Source: an uncultured Gammaproteobacteria bacterium
Lineage (GTDB): Bacteria > Pseudomonadota > Gammaproteobacteria > Steroidobacterales > Rariloculaceae
Direction: 5' to 3'
NCBI GenBank assembly: GCA_964465375.1
Contig: CAYXIJ010000006.1
Span: forward strand, 17,126 to 81,125
Length of the DNA: 64,000 bases
Shown: positions 58,356 to 64,000 of the stretch, piece by piece
How positions within the stretch are numbered: the first letter of the stretch is position 1
How the letters are laid out: each line of letters begins with the position of its first letter
Translations under genes and position numbers: made by a program
The notes under the pieces: model-generated
Told to the model about the DNA's origin: nothing
Database searches by the model: none
The model's input: the letters and a program-made list of their open reading frames with translations, nothing else

Positions 58356-59410
58356 GCAAGGTACCGACAATCGTACTCGGCGGCACTGGCTATGTGGCGG
58401 GTGAACTGCTACGCCTGCTATCACAGCACCCAAGCCTCAAGCTGGCTGCTGCAGTTTCCACCAGCCGCGCCGGAAAAGCCATCAGCGGGGTCTTTCGGCA
58501 TCTGGGTCCAGCCTATCCAAAGCAACGCTTTATTTCCCCTGAGGAAGCTATTCAGGGTCTCCGTAAAGCACCTAACTGGACAGTTATCTCGGCAGCGCCT
58601 CATGGGGCATCAGCTTCACTTGTAAACGAAATCCTGGGTGAGGCAGAGTCCTCTGGTACAAAAGTGAGCGTGGTGGACGCATCTGCAGACTTCCGTTTCG
58701 CTGACCCAAAAACATTTGAACAAATCTACGAGCAGAACCATCCTGCACCACAGCACCTGACTCAGTTCAGCTGCGCCGTTCCGGAGCACCTAAAGGATAT
58801 TAAGACCCCACACGCTGCCCAACCCGGGTGCTTTGCAACTGCCATGCTGCTGGGAATAGTCCCGCTGGTTTCAATGGGGGTGACGGATAACAATTTCTTC
58901 GTTAGCGCAGTTACAGGAAGTACCGGCGCGGGAAGTGGGTTACGGGAAACTACCCATCACCCCGTTCGCCATAGCAACTTGTTTGCCTATCAACCACTCG
59001 TTCATCGGCATGATCCGGAAGTGAAGGAATTGGTCACAGCCGCAACAGGGGAAAAAATCGATCTTAATTTTGTCCCCCATTCTGGTCCCTTCGCCCGCGG
59101 TATTCATTCCACAATTTTCGCGCAATGCAAAGAAAAGGTTACAGGGAAACAGCTGACGGAAGCGCTTTCCGATTTTTATGCTGATTGCGGGCTCGTCTGG
59201 GTGGGGTCCAATCCGCCGCACCTGAAAGATGTAGCGGGCAGCAACTGTGCCTTTTTAGGCGTCAACGCCAAAAACAACACGGTGGCGGTCTGCTGTGTTC
59301 TGGATAATCTTCTGAAGGGTGCCGCGAGTGGAGCGATTCAGTGGGCAAACCGTCTTTCAGGCAAACCAGATGATGAGGGCCTGAAAAACGCACCTCCGGG
59401 GTGGATATAA
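58352..59410 (+). CDS. argC: N-acyl-gamma-glutamyl-phosphate reductase
   Basis: It has the N-terminal Rossmann segment IVLGGTGYVAGELLRLL and the catalytic Cys motif QPGCFATA, with a C-terminal LLKGAASGAIQ. Confidence 0.9.
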   Translation: MSKVPTIVLGGTGYVAGELLRLLSQHPSLKLAAAVSTSRAGKAISGVFRHLGPAYPKQRFISPEEAIQGLRKAPNWTVISAAPHGASASLVNEILGEAESSGTKVSVVDASADFRFADPKTFEQIYEQNHPAPQHLTQFSCAVPEHLKDIKTPHAAQPGCFATAMLLGIVPLVSMGVTDNNFFVSAVTGSTGAGSGLRETTHHPVRHSNLFAYQPLVHRHDPEVKELVTAATGEKIDLNFVPHSGPFARGIHSTIFAQCKEKVTGKQLTEALSDFYADCGLVWVGSNPPHLKDVAGSNCAFLGVNAKNNTVAVCCVLDNLLKGAASGAIQWANRLSGKPDDEGLKNAPPGWI

Positions 59411-60582
59411 GCGTGAATATCTCTAATCGCAATCAGCAAGAAGCTCATCTCAGCGAGGTCTATCCGACCTTGCCTTTTAAGCCGATCGCAGGCCGTGGAC
59501 TCTATCTTGAAACCGCAGAAGGCCGCCAGATACTGGACCTCTATGGGGGGCATGCAGTAGCGACGCTGGGATACGGCCACCCAAGGCTTTCCAGTGCAAT
59601 CGCTGAGCAGGCTGAACAGCTTTTCTTTCAAAGTAATGCGGTTCGCCTAGACATTCGAGATGAAGCGGCAAATTCTCTGGTTGCGTTTGCGCCGGAGCCA
59701 CTTTCGCGTGTTTTTTTCGTCAACTCTGGCGCTGAAGCAAATGAGAACGCGCTGCGCATAGCGCTGAAGAGTACCGGCCGAAAAAAAATCATTGCAGTTG
59801 AGCATAGCTTTCATGGCCGCACGGCAGGCGCCGCGGCCGTAACTTGGGGCGCTAAAGAGAGCTGGTACGGCTTCCCGCACAATCCATTCGAAGTTGCCTT
59901 TGTGCCGCGTAACGACATCAACGCGCTCAATACAATGTTAGATCAAGACTCAGCAGCGCTCATCATAGAACCGATTCAAGGTGTCGCTGGTGCCTTTAAT
60001 TTTGAACCCGAGTTCCTCGATGCCGCGCGAACTGCCTGTGACAATTCAGGGGCTCTGTTAATTCTAGATGAGGTGCAAACTGGCGTGGGCCGACTGGGAA
60101 CCCCGTTTGGTGCAGATCTTTACGGCTTGAGTGCAGACATTCTAACCACCGCAAAAGCTCTAGGCGGCGGATTTCCCTGCGGCGCCGTTTTGATGCGCCA
60201 CGAATTGGCCAAAGACTTAGGTCCGGGTGATTTAGGTACAACTTTCGGTGGTGGACCCTTGGCCTGCGCAGTCATCAAAACCATCATAGAAACTATTCTC
60301 AACGAGAATCTTCTGCAAAGCGTGCAAAAAATCTCTGCACGTATCCGTGAGACTTGTATCCGTGGACCGGTAACAGCTGTTCAGGGCGCCGGCCTACTTT
60401 TAGGTCTCAAGACGAAGCCGAAAGCTGCCCTAGTTAGGGATGCGCTGCTGGCTCGTAACATCCTTGCCGGAACGAGTGCGGACCCGCACGTGCTGCGACT
60501 TCTCCCTCCGCTCACTATGGGGGAAAAGCACGCTCACTGCCTAGCAGAAACATTGGAGGAAATGAGTAATGAAAACTTTTAA
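59401..60582 (+). CDS. argD: Acyl-ornithine aminotransferase (class III PLP)
   Basis: GHAVATLGYGHP, NSGAEANE, LILDEVQTGVGR and TTAKALGGG (PLP Lys) identify it. GTG 59401 overlaps the argC stop; GTG 59413 is an alternative start. Confidence 0.85.
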   Translation: MDISVNISNRNQQEAHLSEVYPTLPFKPIAGRGLYLETAEGRQILDLYGGHAVATLGYGHPRLSSAIAEQAEQLFFQSNAVRLDIRDEAANSLVAFAPEPLSRVFFVNSGAEANENALRIALKSTGRKKIIAVEHSFHGRTAGAAAVTWGAKESWYGFPHNPFEVAFVPRNDINALNTMLDQDSAALIIEPIQGVAGAFNFEPEFLDAARTACDNSGALLILDEVQTGVGRLGTPFGADLYGLSADILTTAKALGGGFPCGAVLMRHELAKDLGPGDLGTTFGGGPLACAVIKTIIETILNENLLQSVQKISARIRETCIRGPVTAVQGAGLLLGLKTKPKAALVRDALLARNILAGTSADPHVLRLLPPLTMGEKHAHCLAETLEEMSNENF

Positions 60583-61570
60583 TGATCTTGCTGATTTCTC
60601 CTCGGAAGAAATCAATGCACTCCTTAAATTGTCTCGAAGGCTGGAACGAAAACCCGAGCCCCGTGCGCTCGAAGGAAAAGTTCTGTCTCTACTATTTTTG
60701 AGTCCATCGCTTCGAACCCTAGCCTCCTTTCAGGCCGCTATGGGACGTTTGGGAGGAGCCTCCTTTGTGATTTCCCCAGAAATGTCTATCCATGGACTCG
60801 AATCTCGTCCAGGTATCGTGATGGATGGAGCGGCCGCTGAACATATTAGGGAAGCTGTCCCGGTTATTGCTTCTTACGGCGATGCACTCGGCATCCGTGC
60901 TTTTGCAGAACGACGTAGCCTTAAAAAGGATTTGGCTGATCAGGAATTTAAGCAACTGGCATCATTGGCAGATGTACCGCTGATTAATATGGAATCTGCA
61001 ATTAATCATCCATGCCAAAGTCTTGCCGATTGGAAAACCATGGACGATCTTGAGGTGCCGGGCAATGGTGGACGGTTCGTGCTGTCTTGGGCTTATCATC
61101 CTCAAGCCTTGCCGCTTGCAGTACCCGCGGCGACAACGCAGATGGCATGTATGCGGGGTATGGATCTTGTTGTGTTGCGCCCATCAGGATTTGAGTTACC
61201 CGAACCAATAATGGAAAAAGCTCGCGAAGCAGCCAATAAAAGTGGGGGCAGTGTCTCAGAGACAACCGATCGCGAAGAAGCAATGGATGGCGCCCACGTT
61301 ATATACGCAAAATCCTGGTCATCTACACAGCACTATGGTGACCGGTCAGCCGACCAAGAATTGAGAAAAGAGCTGGTTCATTGGTGCGTGGATGAACCCT
61401 GGTTCGAGAATACTCAACCAGACTGCAAATTTATGCATTGTCTGCCTGTTAGGCGTGGTGTCGTAGTCTCTGACCAAATTCTAGACGGAGAACGGAGTGT
61501 TGTTTTAAAGGAAGCGCACAACCGGATGCTAGTCCAGATGGCCGTACTATATAAAATGCTGAAGGGATAG
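60569..61570 (+). CDS. argF': N-acyl-L-ornithine carbamoyltransferase (AOTCase/SOTCase family, not classical OTCase)
   Basis: GIVMDGAAAEHIREAVPV, HPCQSLAD, YAKSWSS (no SMG loop) and FMHCLPVRRG match the acyl-ornithine transcarbamylase family as I recall it. The gene overlaps argD by 14 nt. Confidence 0.8.
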   Translation: MKTFNDLADFSSEEINALLKLSRRLERKPEPRALEGKVLSLLFLSPSLRTLASFQAAMGRLGGASFVISPEMSIHGLESRPGIVMDGAAAEHIREAVPVIASYGDALGIRAFAERRSLKKDLADQEFKQLASLADVPLINMESAINHPCQSLADWKTMDDLEVPGNGGRFVLSWAYHPQALPLAVPAATTQMACMRGMDLVVLRPSGFELPEPIMEKAREAANKSGGSVSETTDREEAMDGAHVIYAKSWSSTQHYGDRSADQELRKELVHWCVDEPWFENTQPDCKFMHCLPVRRGVVVSDQILDGERSVVLKEAHNRMLVQMAVLYKMLKG

Positions 61571-61579
61571 AAATTGATC

Positions 61580-62515
61580 ATGTCACGACTTAGTCACAAC
61601 GAACGAACCATCGTAGTTTCAGCATTGAAACACGCGACGCCCTATATGCGTATGTATAAACGCAAAATTTTCGTGCTTAAAGCCGGGGGAGAGGCATTTT
61701 CTTCCGCTGACACAACCCGAAGCCTTATGGAGCAGGTTGGGCTACTGCATCAGGTGGGTATTCGTGTCGTACTTGTACACGGTGGCGGAGCCCAATCCAC
61801 CCAGATGGCCGAGGAACTTGGAATCACCGCTGAGTTTGTGGACGGACGCAGGGTAACGGATCAAAGCGCTCTCGAAATAACAGCCATGGTGCTTAACGGT
61901 CAGATAAACACGCGTATTCTTGCATCCTGCCGGGACCTAGGCATTCCAGCGGTAGGGATCAGCGGGGTTGATGCAGGACTAATTAAAGCTCACAAAAGGC
62001 CGCCTGTGGCCCGTCAAGGCAGTTCAGGAGAAACCGTGGACTATGGCTTTGTAGGTGACATCGAAAGCGTTGATGCGAATGTGTTGATCAAGCAGCTAGA
62101 TAATGATCTAGTGCCTATAGTCAGTCCACTATCTGCGGACGAATCCGGTACCCTTCTTAATATCAATGCCGATAGCGTAGCGGCTGCTGTTGCGGTAGCA
62201 CTCAGCGCCGAAAAACTCATTTTAGCAACAGGCGCACCGGGCATTCTGGAATCAGCTAACGAGCCAGCGTCTTTAATATCCTATGTCGACTTGGCCGGAC
62301 TCTCAAAGCTACGCAATGACAATCGACTTTCTGACGGGATGCTGCCTAAAGCAGCTGCAATAGAGCTAGCATTGCTTGGAGGGGTGCCCCGAGTACACGT
62401 TATCTCACATGCCCTACCGGACAGTGTCCTGCTTGAAATATTTACCAATGAAGGTACCGGGACACTAGTCGTAAATGACACCCAGAATCTTACTCCAGAA
62501 GAACAGCAAGGTTGA
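61580..62515 (+). CDS. argB: N-acyl-glutamate kinase (kinase-only form, about 311 aa)
   Basis: It has the amino-acid-kinase fold (IFVLKAGGEAF, VLVHGGG, NINAD) and no C-terminal acetyltransferase domain. TTG 61574 is an alternative start. Confidence 0.9.
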   Translation: MSRLSHNERTIVVSALKHATPYMRMYKRKIFVLKAGGEAFSSADTTRSLMEQVGLLHQVGIRVVLVHGGGAQSTQMAEELGITAEFVDGRRVTDQSALEITAMVLNGQINTRILASCRDLGIPAVGISGVDAGLIKAHKRPPVARQGSSGETVDYGFVGDIESVDANVLIKQLDNDLVPIVSPLSADESGTLLNINADSVAAAVAVALSAEKLILATGAPGILESANEPASLISYVDLAGLSKLRNDNRLSDGMLPKAAAIELALLGGVPRVHVISHALPDSVLLEIFTNEGTGTLVVNDTQNLTPEEQQG

Positions 62516-62521
62516 AACGCC

Positions 62522-63718
62522 ATGACACGTTTGTGGGACAAAGGAAATCTTCTCGATGAGCACATTCTCAAATTTACCGCTGGAGAAGATCACCATCTGG
62601 ATAAACGCTTGGTGCCCTATGATATTCGTGGTTCCATTGCGCACGTTAGGATGCTTGCAAAGCAAGGTCTGGTAAAAAAAGAAGATTGCAAGTTGATCTG
62701 CACTGGACTGGAAACTCTGGGGCTAGAACATCAACAGGGCGAATGGTCTATTGGTCTGGAAGACGAGGATGTACACACGGCGCTTGAGTCACGGCTCATT
62801 GACCGCATTGGTCCGGCGGGCGGGCGTGTACACCTAGGACGATCTCGTAACGATCAGGTACTGACTGCGATCAGACTTTATTTGAAGGATGCCCTTAGTT
62901 TTCTTGCGGAGGGTGCAGCAAACGTTGCCCATACACTTGACGGGCTGGCTCACCGCCAAGGTGAAATTCAGTTACCTGGATACTCCCATATGCAGCCCGC
63001 CATGCCGAGCTCTGTGAGTCTCTGGGCGAGTGGCTGGGCAACCGAATTTCGAGACGATGAACAGGGGCTCAACACTGCCATCCGTCGAGTTGATATCAAT
63101 CCTTTGGGGTCGGCTGCAGGCTACGGTCCAGCTGGGCTTGAGCTGGATCGAGACGCAACTCGAGACGAACTCGGATTCAGTCGTAATCACGAGCCCGTGA
63201 CTGCGGTACAGATCAGTCGCGGAAAAGCTGAGGCTACGGTAGTGTTCGAGATTAGTTTATTGTTGAGTGATCTCGGCCGTTTGGCTTCAGATTTGCTTTT
63301 GTTTTATACAAAGGAATTCAGTTTCGTTTCCTTGCCGGACAAAATCACTACAGGCTCTTCCATCATGCCGCAAAAACGAAATCCCGATGTCTTCGAGCTT
63401 GTGAGAAGCGCCCCAGCTGTTGGTATGGGCGCGCTCATGGAAGTATTGAGTGTTACAAAATCACTGGGCTCAGGCTACCAAAGGGATCTTCAGAGGCTTA
63501 AGGCCCCACTGTTTCGCAGCATTGATCTGGCTGAAGACACAGCCTTGATAATGTCACATGCACTCGAGGGAGTTCAGTTTCAGGCCGATCGGATTGTTCT
63601 CGGAGAGGAACTCCTTGCTACGGAGCGGGCCAGCCAGCTTGCCCTTAAGAAGGATATTCCATTCCGAGAGGCCTACCGGATAATTGCAGCCGAGCTAAAT
63701 GGTAAATTGGAAACATAA
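62522..63718 (+). CDS. argH: Argininosuccinate lyase, short form (398 aa)
   Basis: It has the fumarate-lyase signature GSSIMPQKRNP and an ArgH-like N-terminus (LWDKG...YDIRGSIAHVRML). It ends about 10 aa after FREAY, where E. coli ArgH continues for about 60 aa. Confidence 0.85.
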   Translation: MTRLWDKGNLLDEHILKFTAGEDHHLDKRLVPYDIRGSIAHVRMLAKQGLVKKEDCKLICTGLETLGLEHQQGEWSIGLEDEDVHTALESRLIDRIGPAGGRVHLGRSRNDQVLTAIRLYLKDALSFLAEGAANVAHTLDGLAHRQGEIQLPGYSHMQPAMPSSVSLWASGWATEFRDDEQGLNTAIRRVDINPLGSAAGYGPAGLELDRDATRDELGFSRNHEPVTAVQISRGKAEATVVFEISLLLSDLGRLASDLLLFYTKEFSFVSLPDKITTGSSIMPQKRNPDVFELVRSAPAVGMGALMEVLSVTKSLGSGYQRDLQRLKAPLFRSIDLAEDTALIMSHALEGVQFQADRIVLGEELLATERASQLALKKDIPFREAYRIIAAELNGKLET

Positions 63719-63881
63719 ATTCAAGCTGAGTCAGCTGCTTATTCTGCTGGCTATTCAAAGCAGTTTGCTGATGGCTGGGTGTGGCCAAAAGTCAGCTCTG
63801 TTTCTTCCAGAGCCTTCATCCAGCACGACGATTGGCGCTGACGAGAATGGACCAAGGGATAGGGAGGACGATGAACTCTAG
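63699..63881 (+). CDS. lptM: Small lipoprotein, LptM/YifL-like
   Basis: 60 aa. The lipobox LLMAGC is followed by [11 protein letters not shown], which resembles the CG(L/Q)KGPLY(F/L)P motif of YifL/LppL. It overlaps the argH 3' end by 20 nt. Confidence 0.55.
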   Translation: MVNWKHKFKLSQLLILLAIQSSLLMAGCGQKSALFLPEPSSSTTIGADENGPRDREDDEL

Positions 63882-64000
63882 GTTTTTGGTACTGGTCGAT
63901 GGCTCTTCTTATCTCTTTCGTGCATTCCACGCTCTACCACCGCTTGTCTCCAGTAAAGGGGAACCGACCGGAGCCGTACTTGGGGTTCTAAACATGCTCT
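63871..64000 (+). CDS. polA: DNA polymerase I, N-terminal (5'-3' exonuclease) fragment; continues beyond the window
   Basis: This ORF is not in the ORF track because it runs off the end. Translation from ATG 63871 gives [43 protein letters not shown], the canonical PolA N-terminus. Confidence 0.8.
   Translation, partial: MNSRFLVLVDGSSYLFRAFHALPPLVSSKGEPTGAVLGVLNML

Noticed and set aside
1-64000. I searched for mobile elements, phage genes, CRISPR repeats, toxin-antitoxin pairs, restriction-modification systems or other defence-like cassettes, and for rRNA or tRNA genes.
   Set aside because: I recognised no transposase, integrase or recombinase motifs, no regularly spaced direct repeats, no nuclease, methylase or STAND-type ORFs, and no tRNA-like T-arm sequences in the intergenic spacers. 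Small RNAs and degenerate repeats cannot be excluded without computation.

Overview
This is a 64-kb chromosomal segment with dense coding on both strands and about 62 protein-coding genes. Reading by eye, I found no rRNA, tRNA, CRISPR array, transposase, integrase, phage gene or toxin-antitoxin pair; small RNAs cannot be excluded this way. E. coli-type GshA, FadE, YadGH, MsrPQ, ExeA/ExeB (GspA/GspB), an LptM-like lipoprotein and PolA suggest a Gammaproteobacteria-like host (inference). Exported PhoA, a sulfatase, a MORN protein and hydrolases fit a marine or aquatic heterotroph. Several modules look Bacteroidetes/Xanthomonas-like: an acyl-ornithine-type arginine operon, a GldA/F/G-like ABC set with DUF4340, and a DDQVH-type dihydroorotase. 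Most of the window is ordinary housekeeping. The strongest candidate for new biology is the eight-gene, translationally coupled arginine operon argR-argG-X-argC-argD-argF'-argB-argH (55611-63718). It encodes no recognisable glutamate N-acyltransferase or deacylase. Instead it carries an uncharacterised P-loop protein X (57282-58355) wedged between argG and argC. Its carbamoyltransferase has Ala at the position I recall as deciding acetyl versus succinyl specificity, and its ArgH lacks the usual C-terminal ~60 residues. Secondary observations are: a korAB 2-oxoacid oxidoreductase coupled to a GltD-like flavoprotein fused to a 2x[4Fe-4S] ferredoxin domain; tandem paralogous exported TPR + TonB-C-terminal proteins; a diacylglycerol-kinase-family gene whose conserved N-terminus has no ATG/GTG/TTG/CTG start (candidate ATT start); a low-GC islet of exported or unknown proteins; and a Met-rich exported protein ending in a (Gly-Met)5 tail encoded by a hexanucleotide microsatellite. 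All family assignments are by-eye motif recognition and need database confirmation.
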